DNA of 64,000 nt, taken from Malacoraja senta. Lineage: Eukaryota. This document shows positions 1 to 11,980 of this stretch, one piece after another. The stretch lies in the NCBI GenBank assembly GCA_038087875.1, contig CM075993.1:11534001-11598000 (forward strand), written 5' to 3'. The notes beneath the pieces were generated by a model. That model was not told the DNA's origin and did not search any database. It saw nothing but the letters and a program-made list of their open reading frames with translations. Made by a program: the position numbers and the translations under genes. Within the stretch, counting starts at the first letter, position 1, and the number at the start of each line of letters is the position of its first letter.

Positions 1-234
1 GCCACCTCCCCTCCTATCCCTCCCCACCCCACTCCACCCCGGCCACTCCGGCGGCCACTCCCGGGGCAGCCAGTGCGCTCCGCTCCGCGGGCCCGGCGCT
101 TGGACCAGCGCTACTGTCTGTCTTGTCACGGACCGGGTGCCGGGAGCGCAGCACCAGGGTAGGGGTGGGGACGAGGGGACGAGGGGCCGGCCGCCGGCCG
201 CAGACACACACCCACACGCCGGCATCCAGACCAC

Positions 235-887
235 CCCACACTGGCCCGGGTCATTCCACACACCCCCCCGGCCCGGGAAAACCCACCCCCCTCCTCCCGG
301 ACTCCACACACCTCTGGCCCGGGTTAATGACACCTTCTATCCCGAGACGCTCCACACACCCGCTGACCCGGGTCATTCCACACACCTATAGCCCGGGTCA
401 CCCTACACCCCTTCTCCGGACTCTACACACACTCTGTCCCGTGTTACTCCGCATCCCTTACCATGGGACAGTCGATACGCCTAACCCGGGTCATTGCACA
501 CACCTATAGCCCGGGTCACCCTACACTCCCTCTCCCGGAACTCGACACACACACACACACTCTGGCCCGGGTTACCCCACACCCCGTATCCCGGGACGCT
601 CCACACGTCCTGACCCGGGTCATTCCATCTACCCCTGGCCCGGATCACCGTACAGCCCCCTCCCGGACCTCCACGCCTACTCTGCCCCCGGATTAACGGG
701 GACCCCTATCCCGGGAAGCTGCATACCCCCTGTCCCGGGTCATTCCATCTACCCCTAACCCGGGACATTGCACATACACCTAGCCTGGGTCACCCTATAC
801 CGCCTCTCCCGGACAGCACCCGCACTCTGGCCCGGGTTACCCGCTATCCCGGGACAGCCCACACCCTCTGACCCGGGTCCCCCACAC
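235..887. repeat. Degenerate C-rich minisatellite with CCCGGG cores and ~120-bp higher-order period
   Basis: Recurrent ct(g/a)acccgggtcattccacacacctatagcccgggtcaccctacac-like blocks at ~363, ~481, ~609 and ~755. Confidence 0.8.
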
Positions 888-1039
888 CTCTGTCTCGCCG
901 CCGCCGGGCCCTGCCGCACTGCCGGGGCCGGGGCTGGGACCGCTGCTGGGTTACCTCTGCTGCTGGAGCTACTGTGTCGGCGGGCGGGCGGCTGCTGGTG
1001 GCCGTTCTCCTGGAGGCTGCGGGCGGCTGCGGGCTCCAT
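888..1039 (-). CDS. Probable first coding exon of an unidentified host gene (MEPAAARSLQENGHQQPPARRHSSSSSRGNPAAVPAPAPAVRQGPAAARQR...)
   Basis: Strong Kozak gccATGG at 1039 inside the CpG island. Donor candidates AG|GTGTGG after 888 and AG|GTAACC after 955. Low-complexity Ala/Pro N-terminus; protein family not recognised. Confidence 0.5.
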
Positions 1040-1148
1040 GGCACAGTCAGACTGGCAGCGCCGGGCAACAGCCGCAGCGGCGGTACCGGGACGCGAGCAG
1101 CCGACACCCAGCGCCCGGCATCCCGACTGCGTGGCGAGGCGAGGCGAG

Positions 1149-1150
1149 GG

Positions 1151-1202
<52 letters not shown>

Positions 1203-1203
1203 C
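1149..1203 (+). repeat. (GGCA)13 microsatellite
   Basis: Perfect tetranucleotide array read directly from the sequence. Confidence 0.98.
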
Positions 1204-1391
1204 GGCCGCAGCCGGGCCCGGGAGATCGGAGCCGCTGACTTAATCCTTCACGCTGCAAACATTCCCGCAAATCAGCGGAGAAAACTGCGTCGGAGGGGGT
1301 GAGGAGGACCGGGCCCGGGTATTTAAAGAGTAACAGCAGCAGCTCACATCCCCTGGAGGCAAGACTCAGTGTACAGCCCAGTAATCTGCCC

Positions 1392-1868
1392 CTCTTATAG
1401 AAACATATAACATTATTAAGGGATTGGACAGGCTAGATGCAGGAACAACGTTGGGGGGAATCCAGAACCAGGGGTCACACAGTTTAACACTGAGGGGTTG
1501 GCCATTTAGGACTGAGAGGAGGAAAAACTTTTTCACGCAGAGAGTTGTGAATCTGTGGGATTCTCTGCCACAGAAGGCAGTGGAGGCCGATTCACTGGAT
1601 GTTTTCAAGAGAGAGTTAGATTTAGCTCTTAGGGCGAACGGAATCAAAGGGTATGGGGAGAAAGCAGGAACGGGGTACTGATTCTGGATAGACAAAAATG
1701 CTGGAGAAACTCAGCGGGTGAGGCAGCATCTATGGAGCGAAGGAAATAGGCAACGTTTCGGGCCGAAACCCTCCTTCAGGATTGTGGATGATCAGCCATG
1801 ATCATATTGAATGGCGGTGCTGGCTCGAAGGGCCGAATGGCCTACTGCCCCCCATTTTCTATGTTTCT
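1392..1868 (+). mobile_element. CR1 LINE 3' fragment
   Basis: ORF2 C-terminal motif RKNFFTQRVVNLWDSLP and 3' UTR ending TTTCTATGTTTC. Interrupted at 1690-1779. Confidence 0.9.
1690..1779 (-). mobile_element. Short PLE-derived element with degenerate hammerhead core
   Basis: Minus strand reads CTGAAGGAGGGTTTCGGCCCGAAACGTT. Flanked by gatt(c/g)tggat repeats at 1680-1689 and 1780-1789. Confidence 0.75.
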
Positions 1869-1941
1869 TCGCATCACACACTCACACACACATAACTCAG
1901 GTCTCTCGTCGTCAGCGTGACAGGGGCTGGAAGTACTGGTG

Positions 1942-2915
1942 AACATAGAAACATAGAAACATAGAAAATAGGTGCAGGATGAGGCCATTCGGCCCTTCGA
2001 GCCAGCACCACCTTTCATTGTGATCATGGCTGATCGTCCCCAATCAATAACCCGTGCCTGCCTTCATCCCATATCCCTTGACTCCACTAGCCCCTCGAGC
2101 TCTATCTAATTCTCTCTTAAATCCATCCAGTGATTTGGCCTCCACTGCCCTCTGTGGCAGGGAATTCCACAAATTCACAACTCTCTGGGTGAAAAAGTTT
2201 TTTTCTCATCTCATTCCTAAATGGCCGACCCCTTATTCTTAAACTGTGACCCCTGGTTCTGGACTCGCCCAACATGGGGAACATTTTTCCTGCATCTAGC
2301 TTGTCCAGTCCTTTTATAATTTTATATGTTTCTATAAGAATCCCCTCATCCTTCTAAACTCCAGTGAATACAAGCCAAGTCTTTTTAATCTTTCCTCATA
2401 TGACAGTCCCGCCATCCCAGGGATCAATCTCGTGAACCTATGCTGCACTGCCTCAATGACAAGGATGTCCTTCCTCAAATTAGGAGACCGAAACTGTACC
2501 CAATACTCCAGATGTGGTCTTACCAGAGCCCTATACAACTGCAGAAGAACCTCTCTACACCTATACTAAAATCTTCTTGTTATGAAGGCCAACATTCCAT
2601 TAGCTTTCTTCACTGCCTGCTGTACCTGCATGCCAACTTTCAGTGACCGGTGTACAAGGACACCCAGGTCTCGCTGTACCTCCCCCTTACCTAACCTAAC
2701 CCCATTGAGATAATAATCTTCCCCCTTGCTTTTGCCACCAAAGTGGATAACCTCACATTTATCTATATTATACTGCATCTGCCACACATCTGCCCACTCA
2801 CTCAACCTGTCCACGTCACCCTGCAACCCCCTAACATCCTCTACACAGTTCACACTGCCGCCCAGCTTTGTGTCATCCGCAAACTTGCTAGTGTTGCTCC
2901 TAATTCCCTCTCCCA
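1942..2915 (-). mobile_element. CR1 LINE 3' portion (RT and C-terminus, disrupted)
   Basis: KFADDTKL and LVRPHLEY motifs; (TTTCTATG)n tail. Confidence 0.92.
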
Positions 2916-2979
2916 AATCTGCAATGTTCGGGGCTGCTGCGAGAGAAACAGTAGCCGCATCTCGGACTTGCTGAGACAT

Positions 2980-3116
2980 GCACAGGTTTGTCGGCTAACT
3001 GGCTTGATAACATTGTAAATTGTCCCTAGCATGTCGGATAGTGCTAGTGCACGGGTATCGTGGGCCGAAAGGCCTGTTTCTGCTCTCTATCTCTAAACTA
3101 AACTAAACTAAACTAC
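2980..3116 (+). mobile_element. V-SINE/HE1-like SINE, 3' half
   Basis: gggccgaa..gcctgtttc stem-loop and (CTAAA)n tail. Confidence 0.8.
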
Positions 3117-3301
3117 TCCAAGTGTGGCTTCAGTACATCCACGTGAGTGGGAGGCTGATGGGTGCCCATCTGCTCCTTCCTGGGGTCACACCCAGGACCT
3201 GTCGCCCAGTGGTCAGTGCCCCTGGAGCTCAACCCTCTCATTCCCTGCCTCCAACGTGTGAATAGGGAGATGGTTTTTAATCTCTGTGCAAAAAGGGTGA
3301 T

Positions 3302-3520
3302 ACATAGAAACATGGAAAATAGGTCCAGGAGTAGGCCATTCTGCCCTTCGAGCCAGCACCGCCCCTCAATATGATCATGGCTGATCATCCAGAATCAGTA
3401 CCCCCGTTCCTGCTTTCGTCCCATATCCCTTGATTCGGTTAGCCCTAAGTGCGAAGTGAATTGGCCTCCACTGCCTTTTGTGGCAGAGAATTCCACAGAT
3501 TCACAACTCTCTGGGTGAAA
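3302..3520 (-). mobile_element. CR1 3' end fragment
   Basis: Same 3' UTR and QRVVNLWNSLP motif as the other CR1 copies. Confidence 0.85.
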
Positions 3521-3880
3521 AATACAGCATGGAAAGAGGCCTTTCGGCCTGTTGTTCCATGCCGGCCCTTGATGACGTTATATCCATTCATTCCATTCTC
3601 CAGCAAACCATCCCCATGCATGGAGTGCATTTATAAATATGACCCGGCTAATGGCGTGTTCGACATGTTGGAGTCACCCAGCACAGGAATGGGCCCAGTC
3701 TGAAGAGGGTTCCAACCCAAAATGTCACCTATTTTTTTCCAGAGATGCTGCCTGACCCGCTGTTCCTCCAGCAATTTGTGTCTATCTTCGGTATAAACCA
3801 ACATCTGTAATTCCTTCCTTCAGATGGGAACGGGCCCTTCAGCCCACCATGTCCATGTTGACTGCCAAGTAACATCAGAG

Positions 3881-4196
3881 GTGGCACGGTGGCACAGCGG
3901 TAGAGTTGTTGCCTTACAGCGCTTGCAGCACCAGAGACCCGGGTTTGATCCCGACTACAGGTGCTGTCTGTACGGAGTTTGTATTTCTCCCCGTGGCCGC
4001 ATGGGTTTTCTCCGAGATCTTCAGTTTCTCCCACACTCCAAAGACGTACAGGTTTGTAGGTTAACTGGCTTGGTATAAATCAAACATTGTCCCGCGTGTG
4101 TGTAGGATAGTGTTAATATGTGGGGATTGCTGTTCGGTACGGACTTGATGGGCCAAAGGGCCTGTTTCCGCGCTGTATCTCTAAATTAAACTAAAT
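3881..4196 (+). mobile_element. Full-length tRNA-derived V-SINE/HE1-like SINE
   Basis: tRNA-like head with A box (tggcacagcgg) and B-box-like ggtttgatcc, central V-like domain, CR1-like tail plus (CTAAA)n. Confidence 0.9.
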
Positions 4197-4261
4197 ACCA
4201 GCACTTGGCCCAGAGCCGTCCGTGCCTCACTGATCCAAGTGCTCATTCCATGTTGTGATGG

Positions 4262-4990
4262 AAGATCTCTCCGCCACCTTCTCACTCAATGTGTCCGAGA
4301 TTCCAACAAGCCTCCGTTGAAAAAAAAGTCCTCAACTCCCTATCCCATTGCAACCATTTTAACTCCCCTTCCCATACCCACACTGACCTTTCTGTCCTGG
4401 GCCTCCTCCATTGCCTGCGGTACGCCACATGCAAACTGAAGGAACAGCTCCTCATATTCCACTTGGGTCGTTTTACAACCCAACAGTATGAACATTGAAG
4501 TCCCCAGTTTTAAGAAACACCCCCTCACACCCACCTCTCTCTTCCCTGCCAGCTTCCTTGCCTGGTGCACAGACAGTTCTCTCATCATCTCCCAACACAC
4601 CCACCCTGCCCATTACCCTTCCACTTTCCCATGCATTCCACACTCATCTCCCATCCCAGATCCCTTATTTGCCTTTTATCCCCATTTTATCCCCCCCCCC
4701 TTGTCCCCTTCTACCCATATCCTTCTTTCCGGATTTACATTCCACCCCTCTTCTTATCTCACAACCCTCTGTCTCCTCTCCATCTCTGGTCTTTGTCCAC
4801 CCATCTGCCATCAAACTGCATCCACCTATCACTTGCCAGGCTTTGTCCTGCCCCCATCTCTCCTTTCCAGCTTTTGCTACCCTACTTCAATCAGTCTGAA
4901 GAAGAGTCCCGACCAGAAAGGTCACCTGTCTAGTCCCTCCATAGATGCTGCCTGACCTGCTGAGTTCCTCCAGCACTTTGTGTTTTGCCC
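4262..4990 (+). mobile_element. Penelope-like element 3' fragment (GIY-YIG C-terminus plus pLTR-like end)
   Basis: NHFNSPSHTHTDLSVLGLLHC...KLKEQLLIFHLG motif; ends in a degenerate ctgaagaa...gaaa core and the gatgctgcctgacc..gagt tail. Confidence 0.8.
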
Positions 4991-5378
4991 ATGCCCGACT
5001 ATCGTGTTCCATCTCACTGGACAAGCTCACTTGGATTACAAAGCACTGGAGTAGCTCAGCGGGTCAGGCAGCATCTCTGGGGAACATGGATAAGGTGATG
5101 TTTTGGGTCGGGACCACTTCTTCCTGAGTAGATGCTGTGAGGGTACCTGTGTCTCCACAACCTTCTCAGGCAGTATGTTCCAGATTCCAACCAACTCAGT
5201 TGAAAAGAAAGTCCTCTAATCTCTTTCCCATGTAACCATTTTAACTCCCATTCCCATTCCCACACTGGCCAGATGCTACCTGAGTCACTGAGTTACTCCA
5301 GCACTTTGTGTCTTTTTTTGTGAACCTGTATCTGCAGTTCCTTGTTTCTACCTCCTCACTTTGATGATCCACACTTAC

Positions 5379-5505
5379 CGTAAACCAATGTTACTCTGGG
5401 GCCTCCATGGTACTAACTCTCCTGGTCTTTTCTTAGTAATGTGAAATATTCTTTGGAAAAGGTTCCAACTCTCATTCCTTGTACGTCCAGTATCGGTGCC
5501 ATTTC
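5379..5505 (-). other. Candidate 127-bp exon in unique sequence
   Basis: Minus strand shows ctccag| acceptor and ACG|gtaagt donor. One frame is open throughout (NGTDTGRTRNESWNLFQRIFHITKKRPGELVPWRPQSNIGL). Confidence 0.3.
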
Positions 5506-5981
5506 CTGGAGATACTCCAGATTGGAAAATGTTGTCAGTTTTGCTTTTCAATTTTACATTTTGCTTGTCAGTTTTGCTTGGGGTGGCACAGTGGGGCAGC
5601 GGTAGAGTTGTGGTCACAGAGAACGTACAAAGTGCAAGGAGACTGAGGTGAAGAGACTACCCTCAAAGGTAGAAGGTGAGAGGCACAACCTATTGGGATT
5701 TAGCTACTGAAATAATGGCAGACAAGTTGCTGCAGTGTGACTCTTGCAGGATGTGGGAAGTCAGGGACACTGCTGGTGCCTCTGACAACTGCAACAGTGG
5801 AAATTGTGTCCAGACGCAGCTCCCGAAGGACCGTGTTAGGGAACTGGAGCAGCAGCTGGATGATCTCAGGACCATCCGGGAAAACGAAAGCTTCCTCGAC
5901 AGGACCTACTATGAAGAGCGAAGGTGGGTGAAGATGAGGAAGGGAAGTAAGCATGGAATGCAGAAGACCCCGGTGGCTGTA

Positions 5982-6120
5982 TTTGTCTTCTTCTTCTTGC
6001 GTATGGCGTGCACAGCCTAAAGTTGCAAGTCAACTTGTTCAATTTGATCTTATTAGTGCATGTCGGGTTGGTTGCATTAGTCGAAACGGGGTGGACCACA
6101 TGAAGTTGCAATCTCCCACC
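5982..6120 (-). mobile_element. Short unclassified repeat fragment with (GAA)n tail
   Basis: Minus strand ends in caagaagaagaaga; interrupts CR1 ORF1. Confidence 0.5.
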
Positions 6121-6575
6121 CTGCTGAGAGAATGGAGCGGTTGGGCTTGTACACTCTGGAGTTTAGAAGGATGAGAGGGGATCTCATTGAAATATATAAG
6201 ATTGTTAAGGGTTTGGACACGCTAGAGGCAGGAAACATGTTCCCGATGTTGGGGGAGTCCAGAACCAGGGGCCAGAGTTTAAGAATAAGGAGTAAGCCAT
6301 TTAGAACGGAGACAAGGAAACACTTTTTCTCACGGTGAGTCTGTGGAATTCTCTGCCTCAGAAGGCGGTGGAGGCCGGTTCTCTGGATGCTTTCAAGAGA
6401 GAGCTGGATAGGGCTCTTAAAAATAGCGGAGTCAGGGGATATGGGGAGAAGGCAGGAACGGGGTACTGATTGGGGATGATCAGCCATGATCACATTGAAT
6501 GGCGGTGCTGGCTCAAAGGGTCGAATGGCCTACTCCTGCACCTATTGTCTATTGTTTATTGTCTATTGTCTATTG
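6121..6575 (+). mobile_element. CR1 3' fragment, (TATTGTC)n-tail subfamily
   Basis: [17 protein letters not shown]...TRG motif and tandem tail. Confidence 0.92.
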
Positions 6576-7462
6576 TACCTGTTGAAACAGATACACCCTC
6601 TTGGAAGCTGTCGGGACGGACGACACTTCCAGTCTGAGCGGCGGACAGGTCTTTCAATCAAATCCTGGCGCTGTGGCTCAACCGGAGAGACCTACGTCAG
6701 GTACCGCCGTAGTGGTAGGGGACTCAATAGTGAGAGGTACCGACAGGAGATTCTGTGGCAACGGGCGAGACTCGAGGATGGTGTGTTGCCTCCCTGGTGC
6801 CAGGGTCCATGACGTCTCGGACTGATTGCTGGGCATCCTCAAGTTGTGCGTGTCGGCATAAACGACGTCGGGAAGAAGAGGAAGGAGGTTCTGCAACTTG
6901 AGATTTGATAAGGGAATTCTCGACCCGAAACGTCACCCATTCCTTTGCTCCATAGATGCTGCCTCACCCGCTGAGTTTCTCCGGCTTTTTGTCTACCTTT
7001 GAGATTTAGGAAGAAGCCTGAAAAGCATGGCTTCTAGGGTGGTTATCTCTGGTTTGCTTCCAGTACCTCATGCTGGTGAGGGCAGGAACAGGGAGATAGG
7101 GGATCTGAATGTGTGGCTGAGGAACTGGTGCAGGGAGCAGGGATTTAGATTTATAGACCACTGGGATCTCTTCTGGGGTAGGGGTGACCTGTACAAAAGG
7201 GACGTGTTACACCTTAACTGGAGGAGGAACCAACGTTCTGGCAGGCAGGTTTGCTAGTGCTACACGTGTGGGTTTAAACTAAATAGCGGGGGAGAGGATT
7301 TGCCAAATTGGAAATATATGGATGGAGTTAAAGGGAAAGAGAGTACAGTAAAAGTTATGAAAGACACCTGAATTAATGGGACAGAAAGTTCAAGAAGGGA
7401 TAAGAGAGTAAGGTCAGGAACCGGTGTGAGAGGGGAGGTGAATAGCGGAATTAAAAGTGTTA

Positions 7463-7887
7463 AGGGCTTGTCCCACTTAGGCTATTTTTAGGCGACTGCC
7501 GGCGACTGTCATAGTCGTAGCAGGTGGCCGAGAAAACGGCGACTCGACCCCCCCTTCGACATAGGATTTGAAATAGAATCATTACTTTAACAAGAAAAAA
7601 AAAAGGTCAGCAGCGGCGACAACCTACGTTAACCTGGCGACAACTACGACAGCACCTACGTCAGGAGAAGTCAAGCTACGCTCATTGGCATCAAACCCAC
7701 TGCCGCCGACTTTCTCCGAAAAATTTTCAACATGTTGAAAATCCAACGGCAACCAGAAAGACGCTACGACTCTTTGGGCGACTGAGGAGACGACTCACGG
7801 CCATACAGGCAACACCCCAGCGACCATGTGACGACAGCCTAGTCACCTGCAGTCGCCTAAAAAAATTGCCTAAGTGGGACAGGCCCT
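7463..7887. mobile_element. PIF/Harbinger-type MITE
   Basis: TIRs AGGGC(T/C)TGTCCCACTTAGGC; TTA duplication at 7460-7462 and 7888-7890. Removing it restores CR1 ORF2 KVLYMN. Confidence 0.9.
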
Positions 7888-7985
7888 TTATACATGAATG
7901 TGCGAAGTATAACATAGAAACATAGAAAATAGGTGCAGGAGAAGGCCATTCGGCCCTTCGAGCCAGCAACGGCATTCATTGTGAT

Positions 7986-9867
7986 CATAGAAACATAAAA
8001 ACATAGAAAATAGGTGCAGGAGAAGGCCATTTGGCCCTTCGAGCCTGCACCGCCATTCAATATGATCATGGCTGATCATCCAACTCAGTATTCTGTACCT
8101 GCCTTCTCTCCATACCCCCTGATCCCTTTAGCCACAAGGGCCACAATCTAACTCCCTCTTAAATATAGCCAATGAACTGGCCTCAACTACCTTCTGTGGC
8201 AGAGAATTCCAGAGATTCACCACTCTCTGTATGAAAAATGTTTTTGTCATCTCGGTCCTAAAGGATTTCCCCTTTATCCTTAAACTGTGACCCCTTGTCC
8301 TGGACTTCCCCAACATCGGGAACAATCTTCCTGTATCTAGCCTGTCCAACCCCTTAAGAATTTTGTAAGTTTTCTATAAGATCCCCCCTCAATCTTCTAA
8401 ATTCTAGCGAGTACAAGCCGAGTCTATCCAGTCTTTCTTCATATGAAAGTCCTGACATCCCAGGAATCAGTCTGGTAAACCTTCTCTGTACTCCCTCTAT
8501 GGCAAGAATGTCTTTCCTCAGATTTGGAGACCAAAATTGTACGCAATACTCCAGGTGTGGTCTCACCAAGACCCTGTACAACTGCAGTAGAACCTCCCTG
8601 CTCCTATACTCAAATCCTTTTGCTATGAATGCTAACATACCATTCGCTATCTTCACTGCCTGCTGCACCTGCATGCCTACTTTCAATGACTGGTGTACCA
8701 TGACACCCAGGTCTCGTTGCATCTCCCCTTTTCCTAATCGGGCACCATTTGGATAATAGTCTACTTTCCTGTTTTTGCCACCAAAGTGGGTAACCTCACA
8801 TTTATCCACATTATACTGCATCTGCCATGCATTTGCCCACTCACCCAGCCTATCCAAGTCACCTTGCAGCCTCCTAGCACCCTCCTCACAGCTAACACTG
8901 CCCCCCGCTTCGTGTCATCTGCAAACTTGGAGATGTTGCATTCAATTCCCTCGTCCAAATCATTAATATATATTGTAAATAGCTGGGGTCCCAGCACTGA
9001 GCCTTGCGGTACCCCACTAGTCACTGCCTGCCATTGTGAAAAGGACCCGTTTACTCCTACTCTTTGATTCCTGTTTGCCAGCCAGTTCTCTATCCACATC
9101 AATACTGAACCCCCAATACCTTGTGCTTTAAGCTTGTATACTAATCTCTTATGTGGGACCTTGTCGAAAGCCTTCTGAAAGTCCAGATATAACACATCCA
9201 CTGGTTCTCCCCTATCCAGTCAACTAGTTACATCCTCGATAAATTTTATAAGATTCGTCAGACATGATATACCTTTTGTAAATCCATGCTGACTTTGTCC
9301 AATGATTTCACCACTTTCCAAATGTGCTGCTATCCCATCTTTAATAACTGACTCTAGCAGTTTCCCCACTACCGATGTTGGACTAACTGGTCTGTAATTC
9401 CCCGTTTTCTCTCTCCCTCCCTTTTTAAGAAGTGGGGTTACATTAGCTACCCTCCAATCCTCAGGAACTACTCCAGAATCTAAGGAGTTTTGAAAAATTA
9501 TCACTAATGCATCCACTATTTCTGGGGCTATTTCCTTAAGTACTCTGGGATGCAGCCTATCTGGCCCTGGTGATTTATCGGCCTTTAATCCATTCAATTT
9601 ACCTAATACCACTTCCCAGCTAACCTGGATTTCACTTAGTTCTTCCATCTCATTTGACCCGCGGTCCCCTGCTATTTCCGGCAGATTATTTATGTCTTCC
9701 TTAGTGAAGACAGAACTAAAGTAGTTATTCAATTGGTCTGCCATATCCTTGTTCCCCATGATCAATTCACCTGTTTCTGACTGCAAGGGACCTACATTTG
9801 TTTTAACTAATCTCTTTTTCTTCACATATCTATAAAAACTTTTGCAGTCAGTTTTTATGTTCCCTGC
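7986..9867 (-). mobile_element. Young 5'-truncated CR1 ORF2 (~1.9 kb) nested in a short CR1 (7911-7988 plus 9868-9940)
   Basis: [33 protein letters not shown] and KFADDTK motifs with a few frameshifts. TGATCAT repeated at 7982-7988 and 9868-9874. Confidence 0.93.
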
Positions 9868-11980
9868 TGATCATGGCCGATCATCCACAATCAGTACCCC
9901 GTTCCTGCCTCCCCATATCCCTTGATTCTGTTAGCCCCCTAAAAGAAATAACGTGGATGAGCTTGGGGCTCAGTTAGAGATTGGTAGGTATGATGTTGTG
10001 GGAATTACAGAGACATGGCTGCAAGAGGATCAGAACTGGGAACTGAATATTCAGGGTTGTACGTCCGATTGAAAAGACAGACGGGTGGGCAGATGGGGCG
10101 AGGTGGCTCTGTTGGTAACAAATGAAATTCAGTCCCTTGCGAGGGGCGACATAGAATCAGAAGATGTAGAGTCATTGTGGATAGAACTGAGAAATTGTAA
10201 GGGTAAAAAGACCCTAATGGGAGTTATCCACAGACCCCCAAGCAGTAGCCTGGAGATAGGGTGCAAGTTGTTTCGCAGCTATTTACAACAAGTTAAAATT
10301 AGCGTGTAACAAAGCTAATGCTACGCTGGTTATGGGAGATTTCAACATGCAGGTAGACTGGGAAAATCAGGTTGGAACTGGACCCCAAGAAAAGTAGTTT
10401 GTAGAGCGCCTCCGAGATGGATTCTTAGAGCAGCTTGTACTGGAGCCTACCAGGGAGAAGGCAATTCTGGATTTAGTGTTATGTAATGAACCAGATTTGA
10501 TAAGGGAATTCAAAGTAAAGGAACCATTAGGAGGTAGTGACCATAATATGATACGTTTTAATCTGCAATTTGAGAGGGAGAAGGTAAAATCAGTGTTGCA
10601 GTTGAACAAAGGGGACTATGGAGGCATGAGGGAGGAGCTGGCCAAAGTTGACTGGAAAGGGACCCTAGCAGGGATGACGGTGGAATAGCAATGGCAGGAA
10701 TTTCTGGGAATAATCCAGAACATGCAGGATCATTTCATTCCAAAGAGGAGGAAAAATTCTAATGGGAGTAAGAGGCGACTGTGGCTGACAAGGGAAGTCA
10801 AGGCCAGTATAAAACTAAAAGAGAAGACTATAACATAGCAAAGATGAGCGGGAAGCCAGAGGATTGGGAAACTTTCAACAGAAGGTAACTAAAAAGGCAA
10901 TACGGGGAGAAAAGATGAATTACAAAGGTACTGGCCAAGAATATACAGGAGGATAGTAGAAGCTTCTTTAGGTATGTGAAGAGGAAACGATTAGTTCAGA
11001 CAAAGACAGAAACCGGTGAATTTATTATGGGGAACAGGAAAATGGCAGATGAGTTGAACAGGTACATTGGTTCTGTCTTCACTAAGGAAGACACGAACAA
11101 TCTCCCAGATGTACTAGGGGACAGAGGACCTAGGGTGACGGAGGAACTGAAGGAAATTCACATTAGTCAGGAAATGGTGTTGGGTAGACTGATGGGACTG
11201 AAGGCTGATAAATCCCCAGGGCCTGATGGTCTGCATCCCAGGGTACTCAAGGAGGTGGCTCAAGAAATCGTTGACGCATTGGGACCTGGGTGTCTTTGTT
11301 CATCAGTCACTGAAAGTGCATGCAGCTACAGCAGGCAGTGATGAAAGCTGTTGGCCTTCATAACGAGTATAGAAAGCCAAGAGGTCCTTCTGCAGTTGTA
11401 CAGGGGCCTGGTGAGACCACACCTGGAGTATTGTGTGCAGTTTTGGTCTCCTAATTTGAGGAAGGACATTCTTGCTATTGAGGGAGTGTAGAGTAGGTTC
11501 ACGAGGTTAATTCCCGGCATGGCAGGATTGTCATATGATGAAAGAATGGAACGACTGGGCTTGTATTCACTGGAATTTAGAAGGATGAGAGGGTATCTTA
11601 TAGAAACCTATAAAATTATTAAGAGATTGGACACGCTAGATGCAGGAAACATGTTCCCGATTTTGGGGGAGTCCAGAACCAGGGGCCACAGTTTAAGAAT
11701 AAGGGATAGGCCATTTAGAACTGAGATGAGGAAACACCTTTTCACCCGGAGAGAGCTGTGAATTTGTGGAATTCTCTGCCACAGAAGGCAGTGGAGGCCG
11801 ATTCACTGGATGCATTCAAAAGAGAGTTAGATAGAGCTCTTAGGGCTAGCAGAATCAAGGGATATGGGGGAAAAGGCAGGAACGGGGAAATGATTGTGGA
11901 TGATCAGCCATGATCACATTGAATGGTGGTGCTGGCTCGAAGGGCCGAATGGCCTACTCCTGCAACTATTTTCTATGTAT

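Larger units (their letters stand above)
1..1330. promoter_or_regulatory. CpG island / probable promoter and first-exon region
   Basis: Very high GC and CpG density compared with most of the window. TATA-like TATTTAAA at 1320-1327 (TTTAAATA on minus). Confidence 0.75.
5620..11980 (+). mobile_element. Near full-length CR1 LINE (ORF1 Zn-finger/coiled coil/SGNH esterase; ORF2 APE endonuclease-RT), multiply interrupted and inactivated
   Basis: ORF1 MADKLLQCDSCRMWEV from 5716, VVVGDSIVRG at ~6710, DVLHLN at ~7200. ORF2 LKVLYMNVRSI is split across 7451-7910 and continues with YDVVGITETWL, GGSDH and KSPGPDG. RT core deleted near 11283. Confidence 0.9.

Noticed and set aside
14..1270. Many overlapping 60-170 aa ORFs in the CpG island
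   Set aside because: GC-rich and repeat-derived frames lacking stops (LPAC/QAGR come from the GGCA array). Only the Kozak ATG at 1039 was kept.
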